Origin: Microthyrium microscopicum
Taxonomy: Eukaryota
Reading direction: 5' to 3'
Length of the DNA: 64,000 nt
Assembly: GCA_010405405.1 (NCBI GenBank)
Contig: MU004231.1
Location: 3,528,401-3,592,400, forward strand
Shown here: piece by piece, positions 11,863-25,600 of the stretch
Layout of the letters: each line of letters starts with the position of its first letter
How positions within the stretch are numbered: position 1 is the first letter of the stretch
Translations under genes and position numbers: made by a program
The notes under the pieces: model-generated
Seen by the model: only the letters and a program-made list of their open reading frames with translations
Told to the model about the DNA's origin: nothing
The model's database searches: none

Positions 11863-12446
11863 TATTGATATCAATCCACTGCACACATCATCTGTTTTAA
11901 TTACTTTTTGTCGTCATATACCTATTTGAAATGAACACAAGGAGTATGGGCTACGAATGGGATCTAGCCATCTTGGAGATGGACATGGGCATTATCAGCA
12001 TTAGGCATTGGTTGTTTTGGAGTTTTCTTATGATAGCACTTATCTATGGGCATTGCGAGAGGTTTACATGTTGGATGACATTCCAAAAAGTCAAGTTAGA
12101 TAGTAGTTGAGAAATCAAGATATCTCATGATACAAAACATTTGTTTACAAACACTCGTACCCCTCATTCTGTTAACAGTAGCAAAGATAACCCTTGAAAG
12201 CTAGGGAGTACTTGTTGAATTAATCAAAACTGCCTTGGCGCTATCACCATCTTCAATGATCAATAACCATCCCACTTTGGTCAATGAAATTCCCCCACTA
12301 CCATCCTCCAACTTCACATCACCTCTCCAACTACAGCTATACACAATCTCTCCTCCATATCACCCTCTCACTACTATTCTACTTTCAAGAACTCAATTAA
12401 CGGCAATCCCATCCCAACGTCTACCAGCACATACCCCACCGCCATC

Positions 12447-13267
12447 ATGTCCCAACACGCTCGTATCGAAGAAGTGTCCGACAGTGACCTAGACTCCGAC
12501 CCCGAGATAATGGATCCCACCGCGCTCGCGCCAAACGAAATCATCGCACCATCCCGCACCCTCATCGATCCAAAGAACATACCCTCCACCTCCCCCGCTC
12601 CCCCAGCAGAAACCCGCTACGTGCAGCAGCAAAAGCTCGATCACACATATGCCACCATCTACCCGCTGTACTTTGACGCAGCGGCCACACGCGCGCAAGG
12701 CCGGCGTGTGGGTTCGGCGGATGCGGTGCGCAATCCGTTGGCGAAGGGATTGGCGGACGCGCTGAGTACGTTTACGAGACAGATTGTTCTGGAGCCGGGG
12801 AAAAGGCATCCCAAGGACTGGGCGAATCCGGGGAGAGTTAAGGTCAAGTGCTATGATGAGGGCGGGAAGTGGGCGTTGAGAGGAGTTAAGAACAGTAAGT
12901 GCAGCATATCATACACTGGAGAGGAGAATGGGGTTTCTAATCATTGTGGGTGGGTATAGAGAGACATTTGTATAAGAAGGTTAGCGAACACCTCAAGGCG
13001 CATCCTACAACGGCGAACGATCCACATAGACTGCCTGTGCGTGGACTTCCGTTGCCGGAAGATGGGGTGATTCCACCGCCGGCGGTGCCGAGAGGTTGGC
13101 GGGTGAATGAGATATTGCCGCTGCATAGTGCGGCGGTGACGGGTGGTGGGGTTAGTGATAATATCATGAAGGATATTCAGGCAGCGATGATGGGGCAGGA
13201 GCCTGGTGCGGCGCCGCCGAAGATTGAGGCGAAGAAAGAGAAAAAGAAGAAGAAGGGAGCGAAGTGA
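12447..13267 (+). CDS. SEC65: Signal recognition particle subunit SRP19/Sec65 (~251 aa)
   Basis: Exons 12447-12894, 12960-13267. MSQHARIEEV, IYPLYFD...QGRRV, EPGKRHPKDWANPGRVKV, KNKRHLY, ILPLHSAA, Lys-rich C-terminus. Confidence 0.93.
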
Positions 13268-13882
13268 AGTTGAATGGTGCATCACTTTGTGACGAAAGAG
13301 CACGGTAGAAGAGAAGGTCATGATCAAAAAAGTATTGGAGTCTATACCTAGAATCCCATTCCGGATTTCTATATATACATGCTGGCCTCCCGACCGAAGA
13401 TGCAATACAATGTATCCTCATGAACCGTGTCTGGTGAGAAAGAGCATGGCTATGTAGAGGCATAAAGACCATCCTGCCAAGGTTGCTACGCCTTGTCTAG
13501 GAGTCGTTGTTCATAAGTTGCGTGTTCAGGGTCACTACTCCTGACAGCTCGGACTAGAATAATCAAATGCAGTGAACCATCAATCATCCAAAGACTCGCC
13601 CTGTGTTTCGAGGTCGAGTATTTGTCGACCAAATCGCCTCACTCACACCATCTAGCAACCGATCCCCTATCCAAAGTTCGTCGAATAGAGGCACAAGGGG
13701 CTTTCATCCCTTGCGGCCAACCCACAGTTGAGATTTCACAAGTCGTGTGATGCAAAAACCAGTTGAGATCAGAGGGACTATTTGTCCCAGCTAATAATCA
13801 ATGGCTCGTCATCACCTTCGCCAAACGGGCTAACAGACCCGTCGTCGACCTGTGGAATCACTTCCTGGGGCGGCACGCTTTC

Positions 13883-15424
13883 CTATTGCCTACTCTGCTG
13901 CGCAAACCCAATCCGCGCAGGTCCATTCTCCGGCGCCTCAAAAATAACATACAGTCCCTTGAGAAAGGTATCCCCAAAGATGCTGAACGGCATGCGATCA
14001 TTCCGCTGCATACCGCCAAAGCACGTCGTGATGCTAATTTGCTGATAGTTCATATTCGCGCCAGGCACTACCACCATTTTGCCGCCAACCTCCAGTCCCA
14101 GGTCGGGAAGGGTGTTGCTGCAGGGAAATACCCAGCCTCCTTGGAGCTGGTTGAATTGCGCGCCTTCGACTTTGCCCCAGTAGGCGTCGGCGACTTGCTT
14201 GGGCATGTACCAGAGCGAAGTGCCCGTGTCAGCGATGGCGGCGACTTTGAATTCGACGCGCTCGCCATCACCTACTTGGAAGGCGCTTGTTTCGAAATCC
14301 CAAAAGCCTTTGCCGCCGCGGATTTCACCCCAGGCTATGTCGCCTTTGTATTTGCCCTTGTCGATGTAGCCAAAGTCATAGGTGCCGACTGCACGTCTCT
14401 TGAGCGTACAGGTGAAGACTGGCTGTGCAAGCTGGGGCCTGACGTTTTCAAACCAGGTCTTTTGGGCGGTTGGCTTGATGGTGTTGAGTTTGCCAAAGGC
14501 GAGCCCGATTAGGCCGTCGTTCATGTTGTCGCGGGTGAAGGTGCGGGAGACGGTGGAGGCGGCTTCGACGGCTTGGTTGTCGACGGTTAGGTCGCCGATG
14601 GAGACTTTGTCGAGGTACACTTTGCCGGAGGCACCGCTCATGTCGCCATACCGGATTTGCCAGGAGTGTCCGTCTAGGGTTTTGGCGTTGGAGCCGGAGG
14701 GGTCGTAGACGCGGGCGACGGGGCGGTTGCTGCGTTGGTCTTGGGGTTGGAGGGTGGAGAAGACCCATCTGGAGGTTTGATTAGCGGGAGATCGTGCGTG
14801 GTATTGCGTAGTTGTGGGGAGATCGTATGGGGTTGACATATGCTAGTTGACGAAATCGTTTCATATATAACGCTTCATCGTCACTGAGCATTTGACAGAG
14901 AGGGGCAAGTGGGATTTCTGAGATCTTGTTCTCGGCTCATTTTTCAAGCAAATTGGAATGAAATATAGCCATAGTTGAAGTTGATAGTTGACAGCTTCGA
15001 GGTTGTGGAGCCAATATCAAAGAAGTGCTTGGAATGAATGAAGTACAAAAAGAGTAACTTACAGATCAGACGATCCAGTATCCAAATCTAAAGAAAGATT
15101 GTGATTTCCGACTTTGACAGTGATAAGATATTCGACGTCTCCCTTGACAGGTCGAACGCCAACAGATGTTTGTCCTGGTGGAGGTCGTGATTCGGCCATT
15201 CTGGCAGCTGCAGAAATGTAATTTGGTGGCTCGACACCATATCTCGAGTACGCTCTTCTCATCGACATAGGACCGCGCCATACTGTCCGACGAGGCACAG
15301 CTTGTTGATGAAAGGTGAATGTTTTCTTTCCTCTGACCGCAGCCAGTAATGGATCCGGCTCCGGGGCGGCAGAGGCCGAGCCCCAAAGAGCCGCAACGGC
15401 TATCAGGGACTGCAGTGTGTGCAT
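13883..15424 (-). CDS. Secreted pepsin-like aspartic protease (peptidase A1, aspergillopepsin/penicillopepsin type), ~415 aa
   Basis: Exons 15424-15063 and 14768-13883 (294-nt intron GTAAGT...GCTAAT...CAG). Signal peptide; LDLDTGSSDLWV and AIADTGTSL catalytic motifs; IFGDTFLK. Confidence 0.93.
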
Positions 15425-17160
15425 CGTGACAGTAAAGCTGACAGGACGATGCAAACACAAGCACTAACGAAGGAAAGATGAGGCTTTGGAGGGGAGAAGA
15501 GCGAGACCATATATCCCACCCCGTCTATTCGCGTGCTTTCACCACCGCTTGGTGCCATTGGCGATTAGAGTTGATAGCAATATATCTCTAGTGCTAAGGA
15601 TGGGCCAAGCTCAGGAATCAAAGGCGAATTTCCTTGTTGTAGTTACCAAGGTTTCAGTCAGTGCGGTGGAGCTCACTGCCAAACGGTCATTAATCCGATA
15701 TGAGAGCCTTCTTAATTCGTCCTCGCTCGGACTGCGATACCTTACCCAACACTTTAGCAGATAGAGTGCTAGGGCAGAATATCAAGGCTGGCGATGCAGA
15801 CCCCAATCGCATCTGACAAGATCTACCCAGAATCTAGGTTAAATGGCGGCAACAATCCGGGCAGAGTCGCAAATACAAAGATAAGGATTGTGATATAGGC
15901 GCAGAGTGTCGGAAGACCTATGGTTTCTACCAGGAAAGGACTTATAACTCCAAAACTATACTCGGATCTTTGCCCTTTCGCCATTGGCGTTGACAACAGT
16001 CAGCACATGTTTTTAGTATTTGTTACTAGCCACTGTGAAAATCTGGGGCAATTGTTTCAAAAACAAGTAAAACTCAATAGAATGGACATGACCAAACGAA
16101 TCATTGTTCTAGATGCTGACAGTTGGATACAGCTACTAAGTCTGTTGCGGTGAGTCTAGGTCTTGACTGGGCATTGTACAGATATCTCTCATTTAGGGAA
16201 CCTAGCACTAGACCTCGAGCAAGAATGGCATGTCTACAAGGTTAAAGCTTCCCCATACTTAGATAATAACGCTCGCTAGTACAGTACTACAGAGCACAAG
16301 ACCATAGTTTAGCGTAATACTCCAAGTCAGGCGGAATAGATAGGAGAGTGAACACTTAGACAATCGTGGTGCGAGTTGATGCTAATAGTTGGCTGATTCC
16401 ATGGTCTTTTCCTAGCTGTTGTCACTGAGATATCGTTGCTGGCTTCGCCGCCTTACCCATCGCTGAAAACCACCAATGGATCACCCAGACCGAGTGAAAG
16501 ACTACAGAAAGGATGATTTGCAGACTAGGGTTGGCTGGTAAAAGCTTAACATATCGACACAAGGAAGCAAACGGTCAATATGAGCCGGATCGTCCCCAAC
16601 TCAATTGCGACGACCGTGGCGTTCAATTGCCTTCCTATGATATAATCGTGCTCGGATAAAATTGACTATTTCCATAGGATTATCACAAGAATGATGGACA
16701 ATAAGAGCTCGTGATTTCAGAACGCATATCAGTAAAGGTTCATTCACTCAAACCTAATTTAGCTATGCTGCCACCGACTTCCCGCTGCACAATAACAATG
16801 AAGTTTGCCAACGACGGGGCTCCGAGGGCTATTTTGGGTACAGCCCTTGTTGTCCATATGACTTCCTTATCTGGCTTGAAGAAATAAGTCGACTTGATTT
16901 TAAACAGGCCCAAGTAGCCAAAGGCAATCTACAAACCAAAGCCATAGCATCCTGGGCAACTGACGGTGTTCAAGCACGGTTTGCAATATTACCGTCGCCG
17001 AGATCTTATGAGGAAAACGTGATAACCTTCCCCGCCGTTGACAAGACCGCTAGCATCTGATCCCAGAATCTTTATGACCATTCCAAGATCGCTTATCGTA
17101 CAAGCCAGGCTGGAGATGAAAGGCCCAGAACTCGTTATAATCAGGGTCTGATAATGCTCC

Positions 17161-19422
17161 TCAACCCGTACCAAGCACTGCAGATCTCAGGCCTTCCAGA
17201 GCAGCCTCGTATTGTTCGCGAAGCTCCGGACCCAAGGGTAGGTCAATCTTTAATCTGTCAACCTCGCCTCCCGACCGGCGTATTTCCGGGGCTTTGGCTA
17301 TAGAGTTCCAAAACCAGCGTCCCTCGCTCTTAGTAAAGAACGACCAAGCGTTTCCAGACTTGCCTGCGCGAGCGGTGCGGCCCACTCGATGGATGTATAG
17401 CGTTGGACTGCGTGGCATGTCATAGCTAATAACATCCGTCAGATCCGGCACATCCAAGCCTCGAGAAGCACGATCAGAGGCGATCAGGACGGCGATTTTG
17501 CCAGACTTGAAGGCACTAAGAGTTCTTTGCCCAGATTTTGAGGATGTTTTTGTTAGAGTGCCAATGAGGCTGCGATACTGGGGTCGCATTATGGTAAGAA
17601 TGTGGGAGAGGCGCATGGCGTCTTCATTGTTGTTGGTGAAGACGAGAACTCGAGGGGTACCTGCAGTAGGGCGCGCTGATGTAATTGGGTCTTGGGGGGT
17701 AATATCCATCTGACTTGGATCGTTAGAGTCTAAGGGTTCGCTACTGGTATCCGAGCTTCCTGGGGACTCGTCCGATGAATTTGAGCTTGATGAATCAGAG
17801 GAAGCTGATGAATATCGATCTTCGGTGGCTTTGCGTTGGCTTGTAAGACTGGGTTTCAGCAGTCGCAATTGGGTTTCTAGGAGCTGTAGCAGATATAAAG
17901 GCTTTTCAGAACCATTTCCAACTGGAATTGCCACTTCCTTCAAGGTTGGTGGAAGCTCAACTGCATTTGACTGGTCCAACATATCCTCAGAATTTCCAAA
18001 GGTTGACTCTAAGACTCCCTGACTCTTGTTTGTTCCTGAAATTGCCACAAGAGTGGGTCGACGAAGTTTTAAAGCCGAGAGTTTTGTCAGGTCTCGCGTC
18101 ATGGTGGCGCTGAGAATGATCTTTTGCACGGATATTGAATCTTGAAGCATTTTATACTGTGCAAGAAACTTGTACCGAGAAGTGCTCGTCTTGGAAGTCT
18201 CAATAGCACTCAAGATTACCTCTACCCATTCTTGAAAGCTGTCGTCCAACAAAAAGTCCGCCTCATCAATAACAAGGTACCTTAAGTTTTCGAGGCTAAA
18301 TCCAGGGGTGGATCTGATATGCTCAACCAGGCGACCAGGCGTGCATACCAGAACATCGATTTTAGATTTTAAATCCGGTACATGATAAGGAAGAAGGGTC
18401 CGAGCATCCTCAAGTAGAGAATCATCTTCTAAAAATCCACTCTCTATCCTATATTTGGCTATTGAATGCATTTTTGCAGCCTCTTCAGGATCATAGCGTT
18501 GGTTTTTGCTTATTAGTTGTTGTTGCTCCATTGCCAAATTAGAGCTTCCAAGAGCAGTTGCAATCTTTACGTTGGTTCCATGAACGCACAACTGTAGTTC
18601 CTGTTTAGCTTGAGTAACTAACTCACGAGTCGGTACAACAACAATTGCTCGAAGTTGAGTCGTTGCACCTTCTTTTAATGCCTCAACAAGGGGTAGAATA
18701 TAGCCAAGGGTTTTGCCAGATCCAGTAGGGGCGGAGACGCATATGTCTCCTTGATATTGCTCAGTTCCAGGAAGTAGAAGTGGAAGAAGTGCCGCTTGTA
18801 CGGCAAAGGCGTTCGAGATGCTCTTTCTTTTTAGATTCTCAAGTAATTGAGAGCTCAAGCCTAGTTCGGTGAAAGACTTTCGAGATCCAGGATCTACTAT
18901 GATAGGTTCTGCTAGCCATGATGGAAGAGACGAGAAAGTTGGCTTATACTCAGGTTCAGGTACTTGGGCAGGCTGTGGCAGCGGAACAATGTCTGTTTTT
19001 GTCAGTGGGAGGTCAAGAAATCGAAATTCTTGTGCCATACCATGAAGCTCTGGTTTCTCGTCATCGGATTGTTCTTCTTCTGGTTCTTGAAGGTCCTTAT
19101 TTGCTCGCAATTTGTCCGCAAACTTTGAAGATTTCTGGAACTTCTCAAAAATGATCTGCTGTCGCTTGGAGCGAGGTGCGTCCTCTTCAGCACCATCACC
19201 AGCGCTGTGCTCGATTTTTCGCTTCTTATCTTTCTTCTTCGACTTCTTTTCTGGCTTCCCTTCGGTATGTTCCTCTGATGTGATATCCTCCGCCTGTTTC
19301 AAGCTGATATCGGCTTTCTGAAGCGTCGAAATTGACTGTGAGGGTACGCTTGGCAACGGTGTTTCATCTTTTTTCTTCTCTTTCTTTCCCGATCTCTTTT
19401 TAGATTTCTCTTGTGATGCCAT
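17161..19422 (-). CDS. DBP6: ATP-dependent DEAD-box RNA helicase Dbp6/DDX51
   Basis: FAVQ Q-motif, APTGSGKT, VPTRELV, TPGRL, DEAD, SAT, RGLD, HRVGRTAR. Contains a probable 48-nt in-frame intron at 19040-18993. Confidence 0.9.
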   Translation of the reverse strand: MASQEKSKKRSGKKEKKKDETPLPSVPSQSISTLQKADISLKQAEDITSEEHTEGKPEKKSKKKDKKRKIEHSAGDGAEEDAPRSKRQQIIFEKFQKSSKFADKLRANKDLQEPEEEQSDDEKPELHGMAQEFRFLDLPLTKTDIVPLPQPAQVPEPEYKPTFSSLPSWLAEPIIVDPGSRKSFTELGLSSQLLENLKRKSISNAFAVQAALLPLLLPGTEQYQGDICVSAPTGSGKTLGYILPLVEALKEGATTQLRAIVVVPTRELVTQAKQELQLCVHGTNVKIATALGSSNLAMEQQQLISKNQRYDPEEAAKMHSIAKYRIESGFLEDDSLLEDARTLLPYHVPDLKSKIDVLVCTPGRLVEHIRSTPGFSLENLRYLVIDEADFLLDDSFQEWVEVILSAIETSKTSTSRYKFLAQYKMLQDSISVQKIILSATMTRDLTKLSALKLRRPTLVAISGTNKSQGVLESTFGNSEDMLDQSNAVELPPTLKEVAIPVGNGSEKPLYLLQLLETQLRLLKPSLTSQRKATEDRYSSASSDSSSSNSSDESPGSSDTSSEPLDSNDPSQMDITPQDPITSARPTAGTPRVLVFTNNNEDAMRLSHILTIMRPQYRSLIGTLTKTSSKSGQRTLSAFKSGKIAVLIASDRASRGLDVPDLTDVISYDMPRSPTLYIHRVGRTARAGKSGNAWSFFTKSEGRWFWNSIAKAPEIRRSGGEVDRLKIDLPLGPELREQYEAALEGLRSAVLGTG

Positions 19423-19832
19423 CTGTCCGGACTAATCCAGGCTGGTGTCGGCTTTTGAAAGCTCAGAATTGGCCTTAATTGTGAAGTTGGCAATGGAGCT
19501 CCATACTCTGTTCCAATGTCTAGCTAATTTCTTTGCGCATGAGGAAGTTAGCTGTCGAGTTGGACTACATAAAAAGAATTGTGGAGTTGGGGTATCTTTT
19601 GAGGCTAGGTTCGGCTTTAAAGCTTGCAGCTTGGCAGCTCAGTTATGTCCGTGGTCGATAACTAGTATTGTCTACTACAGACCTCAACTTCTCCCTCTCT
19701 CGACTTGAACAAGCATTGCGCATTGCAATTCAAATCGAAAGCTTGAGCTTCTCGAAATGCATACACAATGTAAACTGTGTGTCTACAGATCTTCCAGCAT
19801 AAACTAGTGACGCCTACAGGCGTGTCGCAACC

Positions 19833-21440
19833 ATGCCTTACACAATCGCGTAAGTGGATTGATTGTCGCAAGTTCTATCAAGCTAATAAATGGGTGTATA
19901 GTATGGTTAGCGACTTCTTTTATCCCCAGCCTGGTATGTTATATCTCAGTCTCAACTTGAATTATATGTCTGCTAATAGCGTGCAGGTGGCGTCGAATCC
20001 CATATCTACCAGCTCTCAACCAAACTCATAGACCGCGGCCATAAAGTCATCATAATCACACACGCATACCAAGGTCGAACAGGCATAAGATATCTCACCA
20101 ATGGACTCAAAGTCTACCACGTCCCCTTTTTCGTCATCTATCTCCAGACTACCTTCCCCACAGTCTTCTCCTTCTTCCCCATGTTTCGCAACATCATCAT
20201 CCGTGAGCAAGTTGAAATCGTTCATGGTCATGCGAGCCTGAGCAACTTCTGTCACGAAGCCATCCTACACGCACGAACAATGGGACTTCGCACTGTCTTC
20301 ACCGATCACTCCCTCTTCGGTTTCGCAGACGCTGCTAGCATCCTCACCAACAAACTACTCAAATTCGCCCTCAGCGACGTCGACCACGTAATCTGCGTCT
20401 CTCACACTTGCAAAGAAAACACCGTCCTTCGCGCTTCTCTCGATCCTCTGATGGTGTCCGTGATTCCCAATGCCGTCGTCGCTGAAAATTTCCGGCCCCT
20501 CGCTAAAGACGAACCCATCGCCACACCACGCCAACCCTCTAGCGGCGCCCTATCCCCCCAACGACCACTACCCCTCGAGACAGTCACAATCGTAGTGATA
20601 TCACGTCTATTCTACAACAAAGGCATCGATCTCCTCATCGCCGCAATCCCCCGTCTCTGCGCAGCCTACCCCTACGCACGCTTCATAATCGCCGGCTCCG
20701 GCCCAAAAGCAATCGATCTCGAGCAAATGATCGAGCGCAACGTACTACAAGACCGCGTTGAGATGCTCGGTGCCATTCGCCACGAAGAAGTGCGCGATGT
20801 CATGGTGCGCGGGCATATTTATCTACATCCCTCGTTGACGGAAGCATTTGGCACGGTCATTGTTGAGGCCGCATCGTGTGGACTCTATGTTGTTTGCACA
20901 AGGGTTGGTGGTATACCGGAAGTGCTGCCATTGCATATGACGCGCTTTGCGAAGCCGGAGGAGGATGATATTGTTGCGCAGGCTGGTAGTGCGATTGCGG
21001 CGATGCGTGCTGGTCGTATTAGAACGGAACGGTTCCACGAGCAGGTTAGGATGATGTATTCGTGGACAGACGTGGCAGAGCGTACGGAAAGGGTGTATGA
21101 CGGCATTGCGGGCGTGCTGAGCGAGGAGGAGTTTTATGGCTGTGTTGAGGGCGAGGAAGTCGCTGGTGAAGTCGGTGGGAGTAGTAGTGTGGTGCGCGGA
21201 CGGTCTGGCGTAGCGAACTTTGCGCTCATTGATCGACTCAAGCGATACTATGGATGTGGCGTATGGGCAGGCAAGTTGTTCTGCATCTGCGTCGTTGTGG
21301 ACTACTTGTTATATGTGGTGCTAGAGTTTATTTTTCCGCGCGCCAACATCGACGTGGTGAGAGATTGGCCGCGCAAGAAGGCAATCGATGAAACGGACGA
21401 GACGGAAAAATTGGGCGAGGAGAAGACGTGGATTACTTGA
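19833..21440 (+). CDS. GPI3: GPI-GlcNAc transferase catalytic subunit PIG-A/Spt14/Gpi3 (~500 aa)
   Basis: Exons 19833-19849, 19902-19933, 19987-21440. [55 protein letters not shown], C-terminal TM. Divergent from DBP6 across ~410 bp. Confidence 0.95.
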
Positions 21441-21855
21441 GATGAAAGAGCTTGGAAATCTTGAAAGAAGTTTCTTGGCATATGGGGTATGGTATTATGT
21501 GGTGCTATGGCATCTATAAAGAGGTATCCAAAATTTCCCAGCAAATATCCTTTCCCAACGGCAAGCAGCAAGACGCTCCCCGGATTGCCAAACGCAGCAA
21601 CAAAATCGGAAAAGCAAAGGATAAATGCAATGCTCGCGATATGTGGTATCTGCCATGCAGCGCCATCAACACCAGCAAATGCATAATATAGTACAAGCGA
21701 GCGCAAGAACAGTAGTAACAAGCATCAAACCAAGCCCCCCCCAACCGAAAACAAACGCCCACGCAAGGCAACCAAGGACATGGTGCGGAAGAAGATAACG
21801 TTTCTTTGTATTAAATAAATGCTGGAAGACTTTCAAAAGCTACAAAACCCTGTCC

Positions 21856-22679
21856 CTATGGCTTGGCCCACATCCAGTACACAGCCGAGTACTGCACCTC
21901 AAAGTTTGCCGGCATGCCTGCACAGGTCGCAGGCGGTTGCCCGCCTGCTGTGTTGACGCGGTACACTTCGCTGATGGTTGTGCCCGTTGTGTCTTTGGCG
22001 GTGAGCTTGAGCCATGCAACGTCTTTGGCGGCGTTGGGCGCATTGGCGGAGTTCGTCTTGCTCATTGATACGGTGCCCCATTGGTGCGAGTCTGTGTCGA
22101 GGTTGAAGAAGGGTGTTGTCTTGTCCAGGAACAGATGGTGGCCGCTGAGGAAAGTTTCGGCTACAGTGCTATCTGGAACGGCAAAGTTGAGCGCGATGCC
22201 GGGCATGGCGGAGAGCAGCTGGGGGTAGGGAGCTGCCATGCAGGTGGCGTTGAAGAGCGAGGCGATGGCACCGTTGGCGGCGGGGATGGAGTTTGCGGTG
22301 TTGTCGGCGCAGGTGTAGTTTTGGGTTCCGCGGCCTACTGCGACGTGGTCGAGGATTAGACCTGCTGATGGGTCTGGAAGTGGTGTTGGTGCTGTGGAAA
22401 GTTAGAAGGGTTTCAATTGAGTCTGTTGTGTGAGATATGCTTACCGGCTGGCATCTTTGCTCCGTTTACATTGCAGATTGATGAGGCGGTGGGATCTGTT
22501 GATGCGAGTTTGGCATCTCCTGTGAAGCGTTCGACGATTGCTCGGAATGCTACTGCGGCATTGAGGGGATTTAATTGCCGTTTGTTTACTAGGCCAGTAG
22601 GTTCTGATGCTGATGGAATGACATAGGCAGATGTGAGAGTTGCGAGCAGCGAGCTCGAGACCAGTAGTATTGACCGCAT
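21856..22679 (-). CDS. Secreted DUF3455-family protein (~256 aa)
   Basis: Exons 22679-22445, 22391-21856. Signal peptide, KR site, HVAVGRGTQNYTC, GHHLF...TPFF, VAWLKL, VYRVNTAGGQPPATC, VQYSAVYW. Confidence 0.85.
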
Positions 22680-25600
22680 GTTGATGGCTGTATGTGTGTT
22701 GTAGAGGAAGACGAGGTGTAGATGAAATACACTCGTGATATTGTCGTACAGTAATCCTTAGTTGAACACAGCAAGGGGGGGACCACGAATTGACTAGGAT
22801 TTGCGGGAGTCGGGTTTAGGTGCAGATGATCAGTTGATTGTCAGCTCCAGAAAAAGACGTTAATTATAATATTATCTCAGCGTCGTCAAGACGGGGTATA
22901 AGGATGTCCCTAAATGCCAGATTCCGGGGCTACCTGAAGAATAGGAAAGCAAGACTAAGGAAATAGAGCACGGAATAGGGGAGGGTGGGAAGTCGGGAAC
23001 TTGTTGTGATGGGAGGCGAGAAAGATGTTGAGAAGGAAGCAAGAAGGCGGGCCCTCCACAGCAGTAACAGGTCCTTGTATACAATCAGGCTTGAGGAGAG
23101 GATCACCAGAGTTGCAGGGTGGAGATGAACGGTTGTCTGAGGTCGCGCCTTGCATTCCCGCACTTTGCAGCGCTTTGCAGCGATTTGGCAGGCAAAAGGC
23201 TGACATTGAGGCTGGCACGCTTGCCCGTTTCTCGAAGAAACTCTAAGAAAAGATGTTCAAGGGTCAACTCAAGGGTCACCAAAGTCTGGGCTGGCGGTTA
23301 AATCACGTCTAGATATGTCTATTTTTATATCAACGAGTCTTATTGGCTAAGCATCTGGGGTTGGTGGACGACTCTTGGTGCAGACCTAGGAACCCCGAAC
23401 CCGGGAAGTACCCGCCTGAGCTAAGCTTTATTTAGTAAGGCGTGTGGCACTAGAAACCCTTGAGGCTCTTAACCTCCCGTCCTCTTTTATCTTGTCTTCA
23501 TACTCCCCAACTTGAAGTCTCCAAAATACATGTATGCAGTCGCTACACCGTTAAAATATCAAGTACCTGTCTAACCACCACCACCAGCGTTTCTACTTCC
23601 GCTATAAAGCTCTAGTCCTACTCGTACATTTCCCCTCCGCCGTCTACTCCAACAGCCCAGCCTCTTGGATCCTTGGACAGCGCCTGTCACAATCTCGACA
23701 TTTCCATTATCATGACTATCAACCACACCACGTATAGTTTAGTAGTCTACGCAAGTATCAATCCCCTCTCCCATGACATCTCCACGATCTTCTCCACTAC
23801 GCAACTATCCATGTTTTCAGAGCTCCAAACTTTCCCATGCATCTCCCACCCACTCACCATTCACTACCAAATTTATACTTCCGCACCCCTACCTCACCCA
23901 CCATGCACGTCGTCTAGCCTACATCTCCCACTCAACCAATCCCCTCGCCCGCGTCCCTGGCTCTACCACCTAAATAGCCGCACTGTTCAATCTGCCCTTC
24001 CCGGCCGCCACCCGGCCTTCGAGAACCGTTCGCTCGTCCATCCAGCGACTCAGCTCGCTCAGTCCACACCTTTTTCAATGATCTTCAACAACTTGCAAGT
24101 TATCCATCCACACCAGCGGATAATTTGCCTGTTGTAACCATCCCATTGCCCATGATGATCGTCCATTGACACATGTCCCCTGCCCTACCACACTCGTAGT
24201 ACCGGTAGTATCTATTCTCGCGTGCTGCCTTGTCCAAAAACTGTCCATGTGCCCAATTAACAAGCATACAACCGCCCACACTATATCTAGTATTTCCCAG
24301 TATATCCATTTCTCGCCCAGTGTAATTCCCATTAGTGTAACAACAGCATAATACAAAAACGCGCACCTAGTTCTAGTAGTGGCAGTACCAGACCCACCGC
24401 TATAAGCGCTGCCAACCTTTTCACTTTCCCTCTACAAAACTTCTTGTGCGCGGCCTCCACTGTCACTTGTAGCACGTTAGCCAGCTTGTTGTCTGAGCAC
24501 TGGCTCTCAATGCTTGTTGCGCAATGCAACCGTCCGCAACCGTCTGCGATGTACGTGGCCAATCGGGACACTCAGCGGCTCCGGTGGGCGCTTGCGATTG
24601 GCCGGTGGGGCTGTAAGACGAGGCTGGCATGGCGTGGTTGGTTGGCATGCTTCAATGTTCTTGGGCGGGTGAGGCAAAATGTTATTGAACTGGGTTGGTT
24701 TGGAGAGTTATTCTGGTTATGTGTGTTTGTTCGACGTCACTGTATTGTGGGGTGTTTTATGCGGTTTGGTCTGGCTGGGCCAGTTAGATGGTGGTTTGGG
24801 GGACGGATGGGACGGGTAGGATGGTTTAAGTATGTTCGAGTTGCCGACTTCGAGAGGTCTGTCTTAATTTCGGGTTTCGTTGTGGGTTTGTCAAATTTCG
24901 AAAGGACTCTGAGTTGTGGTGGAGCAGGGTGTTACGGTATGCTGCGATTCGCGCTTTGATACCGCATGGAATCGTAGGAAGGTACGTGAAGTCGTCGCAT
25001 TGTCTCATGAGGAACGTGAGAAAAAAAAATGATGTCGTTTCCGTTCTCGTGCTTGTCATGCTTCAGGTACGAAAAGATTTGTGATAGCGGGTCACGACTA
25101 GACGTACCGCATGAGCGTGTGTATTCGAGCTCGACGATAGTACGATGGACCTGATTTCTTTACACACAGAACTGCCTATCTTCCAACTGGCGCTAGAGCG
25201 ACTGTCAGGTATATTGTACGCCTCGACCAATGTGCTTTTCAATGGAACGAGTCATCTCGGTCTGCGGCAGGAAATCTAACATCTAACTTCGCACTACAAC
25301 GTCCAGCTTTATTCAATTAGTCTTGTAGTGTCCAACTTCATAATGTCCAACTTAACTTCATTACTTCGTATTGGTGAAGAATGTGATCTGCTCTCAAGAA
25401 AATGCAAATTTTAAGATTCAGCCTCTCTTCTCCGACTTCGATGTAACCGTCAATTTCAGGTCGTTCCACTTCTACATAGCACTTTCACGATTTATCCCAT
25501 CCACGAATTCAGCAAGCTCGTAAAGTTGATAGCATATCGATCAGAGATTCCACCTACTATCGTGACAGACCTAACTCCCAGCGTGTCCCGATATCTTGTC

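Noticed and set aside
13763..14512. 249-aa + strand ORF
   Set aside because: Antisense shadow of the codon-biased aspartic protease exon 2; no recognisable motifs.
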